This document shows, piece by piece, positions 23,707 to 36,419 of a DNA stretch of 64,000 nt. How positions within the stretch are numbered: position 1 is the stretch's first letter; the number at the start of each line of letters is the position of its first letter. Below the pieces are notes generated by a model. That model was not told the origin of the DNA and made no database searches. It saw only the letters and a program-made list of their open reading frames with translations. The DNA is taken from the NCBI GenBank assembly GCA_002269645.1, contig NIVC01002334.1, forward strand, positions 62,001 to 126,000. The letters run 5' to 3'. The position numbers and the translations under genes are program-made. Origin of the DNA: Macrostomum lignano. Its lineage: Eukaryota.

Positions 23707-24104
23707 CAGGGGTCGGCGAAATCCGGCCCGCGGGCCACGTGCAGCCTACGAAGCCTCTCTATCCGGTCCTCGGGTCCTTTGATAATTTACAATAGCAATC
23801 TGGCCCCGCTCAATGTTTATGTCTGTCTTCAGCTCTCGCTCTTCTCTCCTCCTCTCCTCTCTGCCCTCTCCTATTCCCTCTCTTCTCTTCCTCCACTCTC
23901 CCCTTTCTCCCTCTACCCTTTCCTCCCCCTCCCCTCTCTCTCCTCTTTTCTCCTCTTATCTTTTGCCTTTCTCTCATCCCATCTCTCGCCTCTGTTCTCG
24001 TCTCTCCTTCTCTACGAGCTCGCATTCCCTCTCCTTTCCTCTCTCATATGGCCCGCTGGTTTCCTTATCTGGCCCTTGGGGTAAATATGTTTGCCGACCC
24101 CTTG
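23707..24104. mobile_element. hAT-Charlie-like MITE with an internal CT-rich tract
   Basis: Ends CAGGGGTCGGCGAA...GGCCCGCGGGCC / TTTGCCGACCCCTTG. Flanks ATCTAGAC(TG) and ATCTAGAG fit the NTCTAGAN target of Charlie elements. Confidence 0.75.
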
Positions 24105-24644
24105 ATCTAGAGGCACTAACTGGGTTTCTAAGGACGCTAATTTGGCATTAGTAGTCAAAAACGCCAATTTCGGATCCATTGGCTTTAATCAGGTTTCTAG
24201 GGTCGCAAACGGGATCGAGGGACACAATTCTGGTTGCCAGGGACTTGACATGGGACCCAGGATCACCAATCTGGTTGCTCAGGATGTACATGTAAGCTCA
24301 CCGATTTACATGTAGGTTGCTAAAGACATACAGCAAGACAAGCCTTAGTAGGCAAGCCAAGTCGATCCCCAAAAAGCAGACAGATCCCCAAAATTTCCCA
24401 AACATTGCTACGTACAAGGCATCGAGGCAAGGGGGGGGTTTCAAGGAATTTACAGGATAAATGCAAAATCCGATTGGTTGCAAAAGCCATCCACCAATCA
24501 AACTGACCTGGGGATTAGTTGTTAGAAATCATTTCGGAAGTTACAATAAGGGTGCCCCAATAACCCAGGGACTTCAAGACAATATTGAAAACTATTTATT
24601 ACCGAGTAGTTTGAATTCTATAAGAATCGGAACTGCTAATTGAC

Positions 24645-27268
24645 ATGGCTCGGGGCGGCGGCGCAAGCGGTAGGGTCAGGTTCCATAGCGGTTCAACAAT
24701 CAGCGCCCAGTCGCAGTCGGAGTCTGAAAGTTTGCATGGAGACACTAGTAGACGCGGAAATATCACCGGAGGGAGTCTGTTCAGCTTCATCAATAGCGGA
24801 TGCTTCTTTCATCGGAGTGGGAAGTTGGCGCAGTACTGCCCGAGCCGTCTGACGGACTATCGCTGCATCATGTGGACAGAGGGTAGCAGCGAGGAAGGAC
24901 TCGATGACTCGTCAGCTGCTTCGTTGACTTCCACTGGCGGTAAGAACTAACAGCATCCGTCATCATAATTGAATTTCACCTTTGCTTGAAATCAAAGAGG
25001 TCGGCGGCTTCTCATAGAAGAAATTTGTTTCCAAATTAAAGGGGATGAGTTATCTTTTGATGGGATGCTTGTTAATTAGTCAGCACCAAGGACTGCATGG
25101 TAGATGTAACACGTATCAGTAAGATGGGTGCCTCAGGAAAAGAAAAAAACTAGACAGAGGATTTGAACTGAAGAGAGCAAAGAAAGTTACAGTGCATGAA
25201 TAAAAATAAAGTCATGCAAAGTCGTGAAGAGAAAGACCATATGCAGAGAAAACCAAAAGACCCACAAGGAAAGTGAAAGATTCTAACAGTACATAAAGAA
25301 ATATCAGCAGAAGTAGCTTGAGTGCGATTGAAAACATTTAATTTCCTTTCCATCGCAACAGCTGGAGGCAGAATTTTAAGTGTCCTGCAGCAGCAGCAGC
25401 AACGCCAGCTTCAAGCATCAGCCTCTGCGTCCCAATTGTCCACAACCGATCAGCCCGTTGCCTGGGATATTGAATGCACGGGGAATTACTCAAGCGAAAT
25501 TCTTCGTCAGCTGGACTGCTTCCTGCCTCTGGCACTGCTGATTTTCGGCACTCTGACCAACTGTCTGACCGGCCGGTTGCTCCTCACCTACAGCGGGCGT
25601 CAGCTACCAGTCTGTCTCTACCTGATGCTTCTGGCCTGCACAGACACGGTTCTGCTGTGGAGTCGGTGCCTCGACCTGTGGATGCAATCGGCCCTGGACG
25701 TGAAACTCAGCCTGAGCCTGGCTCTGATGGACGAGTCCAGTTGCCAGCTGATTAATCTGGCCTACTCATCCTTGTACCATTTTAAATCTCTGCTACAAAC
25801 GGCACTGGCGATTGACACTTTTCGATTAGTGCGCCAACCATTTGACCGGGTGAACAGCTACTCCCGAGAGTGGGTTAAGAACAGCACCATTCTTGCCTGC
25901 GTGCTGGTTGTCTTGTTCAACGCGCACCACCTGTGGACTCTCACGATTGTGACGGAGAGCCCATTAGCCAGTGGAGATACCACCAATAGAATTCTGCACT
26001 GCGGTTGGACCGAGCGCTGGCCAATCACAGACACGTTCACCAATTGGTTCTGGCCAATAGGCGATCTCCTAGTTGGTGACGTCATTCCCGTGACGCTGAC
26101 AATACTATTCTCATTGGCCAGTTTGTGCTGGTTAATTTCCGGTTGGAAAAACCGATTGCGGAATGATGTCTCGATGTAAGTACGACCTTTTGAACACATT
26201 TTGACTTGAAGAAATGTCCAGTAATTCCCAAAAACAGACCTTAATTCGCACAAAGGTTGTGGGCAGCCTGGCGAAGTCGATTCGGCGAAATTTTACCGGA
26301 AGTTTACCAGATTGTGTTATCTGCTTTTAGATAGCCTGACCAAATCCGAATCCCACGAAGTGGGAGTTTTTGATTATTTTAAATGAATAGATCACTTAAC
26401 CCTGGGCTAGTGACAAAGGCTCTGAATTTTAATACTCAGAAAAAACCGCTTTTAAGGTTTTCAAGATGGTGCTGAGAAAAAATTAATTTACTTCAAATGT
26501 GCTTCATGGAAGCAGTTAAATTTACCGTTTAATCAAAAACAGTGATTTTCTTTCCCTGTTTTCTATAGAGCTTCAACGGCTCTCAAAGCACTCGGAAAGC
26601 TCTTGGTTCGGTACCAGTTTTAGTGTAGTGATGACAAAATGGATTGATTTTTCAATTGCAGAAACCAGCAGCAGCAGCAGCAAAAGCGGCGGCTATTATT
26701 GCAGTACGTCATCGATTCGGAGCTCTACTGCAGCATACAGACAGGACTGGTGGCTTGCTGCTTTGGCTATGCGCTGCTGTGTCTCTCACCGGCTGTGTAC
26801 AACTGTTTGATGCACCTGCACTACCACCTATTGAGAGCTGGCACTCATCCGCATGTGCGGAGGCAACAGCGAGAGAATTGGCTAAAATTTGGCCAACAGC
26901 ATCAAACAGCATCGGTTTATCAGATCGATGACGAGTTTTACCTCTATATGAGCAGACTGCTGACTTCGATACAACTGTGCGCCAGTCCTCTGCTGCTCAT
27001 GGCCACTGTACCAAGATTTCGTCACGATTTCAGACGCTTGTGCGCAACCGGATGTTTGCGTTTGATTAAGCCTTTCCACGAGTATTCGTCTAGAATAATT
27101 TGGCGCGTTAGAAAACGTAGCCGAAAAGCGGCTATTCGACACGATAGAACCGACTGGCAAGCTCAAAACTTTGAAATCGACAACAGTTATGGAGGAGACG
27201 ACAGGCAGGACTGCTGGAATCCAATGCTGACGATGGTGCCGCCACCGCCTCCGCCGCCTGTTCTGTGA
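24645..27268 (+). CDS. Orphan class A (rhodopsin-like) peptide-type GPCR; exons 24645-24939, 25362-26175, possibly 26569-26610, 26662-27268
   Basis: Seven hydrophobic segments: GTLTN (TM1), YLMLLACTD (TM2), C..TALAIDTF (TM3), HCGW (ECL2), GDVIPVTL (TM5), CLSP (TM6), CASPLLLMATVPRFR (TM7/H8). Phases are compatible. The mini-exon has a weak donor. Confidence 0.75.
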
Positions 27269-27309
27269 TTAAGATTAAGATTAAGATTAAGTTAAGATTA
27301 AGATTAAGA
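27267..27309. repeat. (GATTAA)n microsatellite starting at the GPCR stop codon
   Basis: About seven copies visible. Confidence 0.9.
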
Positions 27310-28301
27310 CATCCTTCAATGCACTTCTTCGACCTATTTGTTGTTATCGGAAGTTAATTAATTCGATAAAAGTTTCCTCTAATTTAATAGCAAATCAAAA
27401 CTATTTATTTGATATTTACGAAAATACAATGCATCGTATTTATCATTAAGATTTGAATCATGGTTAACTAATGCGAGCTAGCTAGGCTTTCAGCACTTAT
27501 TCTGAAATACTTCTATTAGCAAAATATAGCTAATCAAAAAGTTGTTGGGTCATTAACACCGAGTCAGGACCCAGGATTTACGCAGAGATGAAAGAAAGCT
27601 GCTGCACACCAACAGGCGATAAAGTGAGGCCAGTGCAGGGTATTTTGATGGAGGAAAGAATGGAAAATTAATAGATCACCAAGCCACCCTTCAAAAACGC
27701 CCGATTGGAACCGTGGGGCAAAGCCAAAATCGATAAAACAGGGCGTGGGTCGGCGGGCCGAGGAGGGGTAGAAAAGGGGGGTGAGGGACGGACTGGAAAT
27801 CTGATAAGCACTAGCGACCACCCCTCCCCCGCGCGCGCGAAGAGGCAACAAAGCAATAGTGGGAGAGGGGTAGAAAAGTTAGTGGGGGAGAGAGGGGGGA
27901 GGGGTAAGGGACGGACTTGAAAACCGTTAGAACAACAATCACTCTCTCATGCACAAACGGGCAAGGACAAAATCGATAAAACGAAGCCTGGGTCAGCGGG
28001 AAAAAAGAGGGTGAGGGACGGACTGGAAAACTGATAAGCACTAGCCACCACCCCTCCCTCTGAGAAGAGGCAACAAATCGATAAAGTGAGGAGATGGGGG
28101 AAGAAAAATTAAGGGGTTGTGGGATGGGGGAAGAAAGTGTTACAGAAAACTGTTAGCGACACCTCACGCGCTCAGCTGCGTCTAGACTAGCTTAAAATGA
28201 AAATCGATAAACTTGATCAACCCCAAAATTTAAAATTGACACAACAGGCGCAGGCGCAAAAAAAATTGTTGTTTTATAAAGTTGAATTACTTATTAAAAA
28301 A

Positions 28302-31300
28302 TTACAGAAGCCCCAAACCCAGTTTTTCATTCGCCCTATCAGCCACAAACTCGGCAATCGCCAACGACGACGTGGCAGCAGGCGAGGGCGCATTACAGAC
28401 GTGCATCACACGACCCTCGGAATCGCCTACAATAACAAAATCGTCAACCAAAGCGCCCGTATCGGCAAGGGCCTGAGCTCGAACCCCGCTAGGACCTCTA
28501 GCCACGTCGTCTCGACTCAACGACGGCACAAATCGTCGTAATTCTTCCACCATTGCGCCAGTGTCGATAACCCGACGAAGTTCTCGCAGTCCCGGACCAA
28601 TATTGGCTGCTAGTAGTCTCCACAGGCCCGGCTTGCTCAACGCATCGGCCAAATCTCTGGCACTGATATCCCACAGACCGTAGCCTTCTCGTTTGAAAGC
28701 CAATACAGCGTTGGGCCCCAGCCACACTGAGCCGTCAACTCTGGGCGTGAAATGAACTCCCAGGAATGGGAATCTGAGATCGGGCACTGGGTAGATGTTG
28801 CCACGGACTAGCGACTCTCGGCCAGGACGAAGGACCAGATAATCTCCCCGAAATGGTACGATAGATGGCGGCGGCGGTGGAGACTGAGCAGTCTTAGAAT
28901 CCGATGATGCGTCATCCTTGGTTAGAGTCATGGCGGCGACGCGGTCGCTGTGCAGGCCAGCGCATGTGATGAGGCGTCGGCAGCTGACCGATTCGCCCGT
29001 GGCGGGTTGAAGAGTCAACGGGTAGCCTGCCGGACGGATATGGATGACTGAGATTCTTAAAGAACGAAATGAGATTCTCAAGGGATGTAGTGATATTCTA
29101 AAATGGATGTAGTAAGATTCTCAAGGAATGTGGTGATATTCTCAAATGGATGTGGTGAGATTCTCAAGGGATGTGGTGAGATTCTCAAGGAATGCGGTGC
29201 GAATCTCAAGGGATGCGGTGAGATTCTCAAAGGGATGTGGGGAGATTCTTAAGGGATGTGGTGAGATTCTCAAGGGATGTGGTGAGATTCTCAAGGGATG
29301 TGGTGAGATTCTCAAGGGATGTGGTGAGATTCTCAAGGGATGTGGTGAGATTCTTATGGGATTTGATGAGATTCTTAAAGGGATTTTAATGAGATTCTCA
29401 AATATATGTGGTGAGATTCTCAAAGATATGTGGTGAGATTCTCAAAGGGATGTGGGGAGATTCTCAAGGGATGTAGTGAGATTCTCAAAAGGATGTGGTG
29501 AGATTCTCAAGGGATAGGGTGAAATTTTGGGCTGTAAGGACGAGGTGAGATATTCTTAACAATTTTACTGACAATTCTGAAACCAGCCTACTAACACCGC
29601 TAAAATAAGTAGCACAGTGCAGACAATAAAGCACAAACCATTCGGTTCCGAGAGCTGCGCAGAATCGAAGCGGACGGAAGCGAGTTCAAAGCCCAGACGA
29701 ATTTCGCCGCCAGAGGCCAGAAAATCGTCCCCGAAGGAGCGGGTCACGGCGCCGAAGTCGGCGATACCCGTGTGCGGCGAGTGCAAAGCCCGAAGGCCGC
29801 CGGTGCAGTTGGGCTCTACGGCGAGAATCTCCGATTGGTTGGTCAGCAAACGAAGGTCCGGGACTCGATTCTCCTCGCCGCGGCGTTTTAATTCTGCTAG
29901 CCTGAGAAAATATAGGTTCTTCATTATAGCAAATAGTATAACCAATGTGCGTATTATGCTACTAATTTTCCAAGTAGGAATGTAGCGAATATGATTTATA
30001 ATTATTTAAATCATATTTAATCATTTAATTAATTAATATGCACTAGAGATAGGGTGAGATTTCTTACTGACGTGGTGAGATTTCTTAGGAACAGGGTGAG
30101 GTTTCTTAGGGACAGGGTGGGAGTTTATAGAAATTGGGTGAGATTCTTCAGGGATGGGGTGAGATTCTTTAGGAATAGGGTAAGATACTTTAGGGATGGA
30201 GTGAGATTTTTTAGGGATACGGTGAAATTCTTTAGGTATGGGGTGAGATTATTTAGGAATAGGGTAAGATTCTTTAAGATAGGGTGAGACTTTTTAGGGA
30301 TAGGGTGAAATTCTTTAGGGATGGGGTGAGATTCCTTAGAGAAAGGGTGAGATTCTTTAGGGGTGGGGTGAGATTCTTTAGGGATGGGGTGAGATTCTCA
30401 AGGGATATGGTGAGATTCTCAAGGGATGGGATGAGATTCTTCAGGGATGGGGTGAGATTCTTTAGGGATGGGGTGAGATTCTTTAGGGATGGAGTGAGAT
30501 TTTTTAGGGATAGGGTGAGATTTCTTAGGAGCAGGGTGAGATTTCTTAGGAGCAGGGTGAGATTTCTTAGGAACAGGGTGAGATTTCTTAGGGACAGGGT
30601 GAGATTTCTTAGGAGCAGGGTGAGATTTCTTAGGAACAGGGTGAGATTTCTTAGGGACAGGGTGGGAATTCACAGAAATGGTGAGATTCTTCAGGGACTG
30701 GGTGAGATTCTTTAGGAATTGGGTCAGATCCTCAAGGGATGGGGTGAGATTTTTTAGGATTTTTAGGGATAGGGTGAGATTCTTTAGGAATGGGTGAGAT
30801 TCTCAAGGGATGGGGTGAGATTCTTTAGGGATAGGATGACATTTTTAGTGGTGGGGTGAGATTATTTAGAAATAGGATGAGATTCTTTAGGAACGGAGTG
30901 AGAATTCCTAAGCATGGAGTGAGATTCTTCAGGTATGGCACGAGAGACCCTCTAGGACTGTAAAATGATATTCTCAGATCTCAGACCTATGATACTCACC
31001 TATCAAACTCGTCCTCCCTAGTGGCCACAATGAGTTTGCCAACCTTCTTACACGGCAGCCGTCTAGCATCGCAATAGTCGTACATGCGCCGCATTCCGCG
31101 AACGCACAGCTTAGCTTTCAAACTGCCAGGTTGATAATAAATTCCCGCGTGAATCACGCCTGAGTTGTGGCCGCTCTGATGCCGGGCCAAGCCGGACTCC
31201 TTCTCCAGTAGGAGGCAGCGAAGTTTTGGCCACCGTTTCGTCACCTCACGGGCTGTGGCAGCGCCAACAATACCGCCGCCTACGATGGCCAAGTCGAAGC

Positions 31301-31313
31301 GGTGACCCGGCAT
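28302..31313 (-). CDS. L2HGDH: L-2-hydroxyglutarate dehydrogenase (about 433 aa); coding exons 31313-31000, 29901-29639, 29026-28302
   Basis: FDLAIVGGGIVG, HQSGHNSGVIHAGIYYQPGSLKAKLC, SPHTGIADF, ITCAGLHSDRVA, IVPFRGDY, NIYPVPDLRFPFLGVHFTPR, GPSGVRAQAL, HVCNAPSPAATSSLAIA. GT-AG junctions are in phase. Confidence 0.95.
29055..29525. repeat. 21-bp minisatellite GAGATTCTCAAGGGATGTGGT filling an L2HGDH intron
   Basis: Visible array occupying most of intron 29027-29638. Confidence 0.95.
30050..30945. repeat. 21-bp minisatellite GAGATTCTTTAGGGATGGGGT / GAGATTTCTTAGGAACAGGGT filling an L2HGDH intron
   Basis: Visible array in intron 29902-30999. Confidence 0.95.
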
Positions 31314-31391
31314 GGTGGACAGGGGCTGCAGATGGGGAACGTTTGGTGAATGGGGATCTTTTTACTACTAGATGGCTGGTCTCTCGATCTT

Positions 31392-32460
31392 ATCCTCCCG
31401 ACTATCAATCTCACCTTCCCGACTATCAATCTCACCCTCCCGACTATCAATCTCACCCTTCCGACTCTCAATCTCACCCTCCCGACTATCAATCTCACCC
31501 TTCCGACTCTCGATCTCACCCTCCGACTATCAGTCTCACCCTCCCGACTATCAATCTCACCCTTCCGACTCTCGATCTCAACCTCCGACTATCAGTCTCA
31601 CCCTCCGAGTTTGAATCCACCCTCCGACTATCAATCTCACCCTCCCAACTATCAATCTCACCCTTCCGACTCTCGATCTCAACCTCCGACTATCAGTCTC
31701 ACCCTCCGAGTTTGAATCCACCCTTCGACTATCAATCTCACCCTCCCAACTATCAATCTCACCCTTCCGACTATCGATCTCACCCTCCGACTATCAATCT
31801 CACCCTCCCGACTATCAATCTCACCCTTCCGACTCTCGATCTCACAGGCCTGAGACTATCAGTGACTATCAGTGTCACCCTCCGAGTTTGAATCCACCCT
31901 CCGACTATCAATCTCACCCTCCCGAGTATCACACCCTAATCTCAATTATTCTCACCATCCGAATATCAATCTCAACCTTCAACTATCAATCTCACCCTCC
32001 GAGTTTGAATCCACTCTCCGGCTATCAATCTCACCCTCCCGACTATCAATCTCACCCTCCCGACTATCAATCTCACTCTCCCGACTATCACACCCTAATC
32101 TCAATCAATCTCATTATCCGAATATCAATCTCAACCTTCAACTATCAATCTCACCCTGTAACTATTAATCTCACCATTTGATTATCAATCTCAACCTCTC
32201 GACTATCAATCTCACCCTCCAAACTATCAATCTCACCCTCTCGACTATCAATCTCACCCCCAAACTATCAATCTCACCCTCTAAACTATCAATCTCACCC
32301 TCTAAACTATCAATCTCACCCTCTAAACTATCAATCTCACCCTCTAAACTATCAATCTCACCCTCTCGACTATCAATCTCACCCTCCAAACTATCAATCT
32401 CACCCTCCAAACTATCAATCTCGCCCTCTAAACTATCAATCTCACCCTCTGCCTCACCCA
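31392..32460. repeat. 20-21-bp minisatellite CTATCAATCTCACCCTCCCGA
   Basis: Visible array between the acceptor at 31326 and a GTGAGC donor at 32478 (minus strand). Confidence 0.95.
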
Positions 32461-32772
32461 ATCCTCCCAAAAGCTCACAGAAACGCAATAAAAATAATCA
32501 ACAGAAAAAACCACAGAATTCTGTGGAAAAAACTGCGTGTTCAATTAATCAGGTTTCAATACTGGACATCTGTCTAACAATTCTCTTTACAACAGTACAC
32601 ATAGAAAGGCACAATATCAATTTACTTAGGCATCAATTAAATGTAAGTCTTGAAAATAAAGTGTTAATAATATCTGACGAATATTTCATTTATTCATCTA
32701 AAGAACAGGGGTTTTGCTATACAAGTAGAAGACATTTAAGCCTTGAAAAATCAATAATAATTTCTAAAAAGA

Positions 32773-35700
32773 CTACACGATTGTCAGTAAGAACATCGCG
32801 ATATCAGAAATCTTCTGCTATCAAATGAGCAGCAGAATTTTTGTAACTCAGAAAGTCTCAAGGGAGACAGAAGAGTCAGTAAGGATGTCAGAAGAGTCAG
32901 AAAGGATGTCAGAAGAATCAGTTTAAGGATGTCAGAAGAGTCAGTAAGGATGTCAGAAGAGTCAGAAAGGATGTCAGAAGAGTCAGTTTAAGGATGTCAG
33001 AAGAGTCAGAAAGGATGTCAGAAGAATCAGTTTAAGGATGTCAGAAGAGTCAGAAAGGATGTCAGAAGAATCAGTTTAAGGATGTCAGAAGAGTCAGAAA
33101 GGATGTCAGAAGAATCAGTTTAAGGATGTCAGAAGAGTCAGTAAGGATGTCAGAAGAGTCAGTAAGATGTCAGAATGTCAGAAGAGTCAGTAAGGATGTC
33201 AGAAGAGTCAGTAAGGATGTCAGAAGAGTCAGAAAGGATGTCAGAAGAATCAGTTTAAGGATGTCAGAAGAGTCAGTAAGGATGTCAGAAGAGTCAGAAG
33301 GATGTCAGAAGAGTCAGAAAGAGCAGAAGTGCAGTTCAATTAGTTCAAAGCATCAGCTCACAAACCGCTTCTCAAAGCTGTCAGGCCCAGTAATACTGTA
33401 AGCCCATTGCCTGAAATCAACTAATCTCAGTTTTCTTTCCAGCCTCACATCGTCGTAGATAAGCCTCATCACGACAGGCAACCTTTGGCAGCCAGCCAAA
33501 TCGGCCAATTGATCATTATAATCCCATTGATCATCGCCCAGCAAATGCAAATGCCTTGCAGGCACACCGCTAGCCAGCTTCTCAGCTTCATCTCTCAGAC
33601 TAGTCGATTCAGCATCATCAGGCAGTTGTAGCTGGCCCAGCAGTATTGCTTCAATGAGTTTGGATTGCAGATGAAACTGAGGGAATGGCACCACGTGAGT
33701 GCACAGGCCTACGAAGAACAGACCCGGTAGAGTGCAGTGGGCCACCTGCATGTACAGGTTGGGCACGTGACTTGGCCTGGTCAGCTCGCTGGCTAGAAAT
33801 GGAAAATTATAATCGTAACCTGTGCAGAACATCACGTGATCAACTTGCACTTTTCCAATTGCTGATGAAGAATCATCAGTCGATACGAAAATATGAAATT
33901 GATTGTTATTAGCGTCAAAGCTGACACTATCCATGGCGTACAACTCTGTAAGGTTCTTTGGAAGCGCTGACTGTAATCTCGGACCACGGTGGCACAGGTA
34001 GACGTGTTCGGCCGATGAGGTCAGTTCAAGGGCGATGTCCTGGCCGCTGGAGGCCGCACCAAGGAGTGCCACAACTTTGTCCTGACGGGTTGAGGGAATT
34101 TCGGTTTGGATTGTACTTTTGTAGAACTTTCGGGGAACTATGTAATGTTAGAGCAATTCTCAGGGTGGATTAGTGGCGATTCTTGCGATGGATTAATGGC
34201 GATTCTTATGGTGCTCTAATGGCGATTCTTGTGGGGGATTACTGGTGATTCTTAGGGTGGATTAATGGCAATTCTTGTGGGGGATTATTGGCGATTCTTG
34301 TGGTGGATTAATGGCGATTTTTGTGGTGGATTAATGACGATTCTCACGGTGGATTAATTGATCGCAATTCTTGTGAGGGATAATTGGCGATTTTTTAGGG
34401 TGGATTGAGGGAGACTCAACTATGGTGGATTATTGGCGATTCTTTGGTGGATTAATGGCAATTATTGTGAGGGGTGTCATTGGCGATTCTTAGGGTGGAT
34501 TAATGGCAATTCTTGTGGAGGGGTGTCATTGGCGATTCTTAGGGTGGATTAATGGCAATTCTTGTGGAGGGGTGTCATTGGCGATTCTTAGGGTGGATTA
34601 ATGGCAATTCTTGTGGAGGGGGGTCATTGGCGATTCTTAGGGTGGATTAATGGCAATTCTTGTGGAGGGGGTCATTGGCGATTCTTAGGGTGGATTAATG
34701 GCAATTCTTGTGGAGGGGTGTCATTGGCGATTCTTAGGGTGGATTAATGGCAATTCTTGTGGAGGGGTGTCATTGGCGATTCTTAGGGTGGATTAATGGC
34801 AATTCTTGTGGAGGGGTGTCATTGGCGATTCTTAGGGTGGATTAATGGCAATTCTTGTGGTTGATTAATAACGATTTTTATGGAGCATTAATGGCGATTC
34901 TTGTGGTGGATTAATGGCGATTCTTATTTATGTTGGATTAATAGCGATTCCTCGTTAAGGAAAAATTCTTGTGGTGGATTAAGGGCGATTCTTTGAGTGG
35001 ATTCATGGCGATTCTTAGGGTGGATAATTGGCGATTCTTAGAGTGGATTAAGGATAATTCTTGTGGAGGATTAATGGCGATTTTGTGGTAGGAGAAGGGC
35101 GAGTCTTATTGAGGCTCAAGGCTAAAATCTAAGCAAAACGGCTAAGCAGTGTAATCAAAAAGAGAATCAAAACTTCAGCTTTAAAACCCACCTTAAAATC
35201 TTCAGCCCTTCGATAAGTGCAGCTATGACTGACCAACCCAGAAGGCACATTCTCAATACCTGGCAGCCGGGGCAACATGGGTTTAGCATAGTGACCATTC
35301 GCTAGAACCACTGCATCAAATGTCCGAGGACCACTGCGACTGGTCTGTACTATCCAAGACCTACTGCCGGTGTCAGTTGGTGAAGTGTCATCGATGGATG
35401 CACTTTGACTAACCGAAAGTACTTCTTGGCCGAATAGAATGTGCTTATCTAGGCCCTGAAACAGAGGAATGAGGGGAATACAGGTCTTCTACTGAAATAT
35501 TAACTGGCTTTGTACTTTACAGCAGGAGTTTCCTTCACTCAACACATCTCATATCGATTCTCGTCATCTCATATCGATTCTTTTTTTATCTCATATTGAT
35601 TCTCGTTCTCTCATATCGATTCTCATCCTCCCATAAAGTTTGTCAGACTCCCATACCAATTCTCATCCTCTCATAACGATTCTCATCCTCTCATATTATT

Positions 35701-36156
35701 TCTCATCCTCCGATATCTATTCTCATCCTCTCATATATCGATTCTCATCCTCTCACATGTCATATCAATTTTCATCTCGTGCTATCATTTCTTATCATGT
35801 CCTGCTGTTTCTCACGCAGCCCTCACCTGGTCATAGCAATAAGACCTCAAATACTCGAGCACGCTATCGTGATCCACAAAGCTGACACCGGCTGGTCGGC
35901 GCCACTCCCAGTCAGGATAGGCCATGATCTCCTTAGGCAGGTTAGTCCTCAACCGACAGTACATGGGACCTCCGTTCCGGTCTGAGCTGTAGTTCCACAC
36001 GCCACCAACAAAATCTGAACTCCGCTCGAACACGGTCACCAAGCAGCTGCGTCTCAGAGTGGCCGCAACGGCCAGGCCTGCAGCGCCAGCGCCAACCACC
36101 GCCACAGACTTTTTCGCCTTAGCAACCGCTTGACAACCGCTGACTGATTGCGACAT
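32773..36156 (-). CDS. Flavin-containing monooxygenase (class B, FMO GS-OX-like); exons 36156-35827, 35455-35192, 34081-33362 (or read-through to the stop at 33353), possible last exon 32817-32773
   Basis: VAVVGAGAAGL, GGVWNY, MYCRLRTNLPKEIMAYPD, FDAVVLANGHYAKP, HSCTYR, LLGAASSGQDI, CTGYDYNFPFL, GLCTHVVPFPQFHLQ. The first two introns are in phase. The 3' end is ambiguous. Confidence 0.9.
32870..33320. repeat. 21-23-bp minisatellite AGGATGTCAGAAGAGTCAGTA
   Basis: Starts about 35 bp beyond the FMO GTGAGC donor/stop region. Confidence 0.95.
34160..35095. repeat. Minisatellite GGTGGATTAATGGCGATTCTT with an about 48-bp higher-order block, filling FMO intron 2
   Basis: Visible array; near-identical higher-order units at about 34460-34850. 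Confidence 0.93.
35545..35780. repeat. 20-bp minisatellite ATATCGATTCTCATCCTCTC in FMO intron 1
   Basis: Visible degenerate array. Confidence 0.88.
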
Positions 36157-36419
36157 TAAAGAATGGAGAAGACAGCTCAGTTGTCATGAAGTGTTTTAGC
36201 TTGTAATTTTATAAGTTTATGTCAACATTTCTCTAAAATGTACTTCTTTACGACCACAATTCTACTCTTAAACAAGACATCCAAACTCTTCCTCTTGAGT
36301 TGATTCAACTTTAGATTTAATAGAATCCATCAACAAAACTAGTCCTCCCAAATAGATCTTCTTCACTTTTACATCTACTCTACCTCATTACATCTGTTCT
36401 CCCGAATTAGATATACTAT

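Noticed and set aside
28165-28192. Hairpin plus CTAG as a Helitron end
   Set aside because: The stem is only 4 bp, CTAG is not followed by T, and there is no similarity to the other three ends.
34460-34850. CRISPR-like regular repeats
   Set aside because: The units are contiguous with no unique spacers, and the context is a eukaryotic intron with no cas genes.
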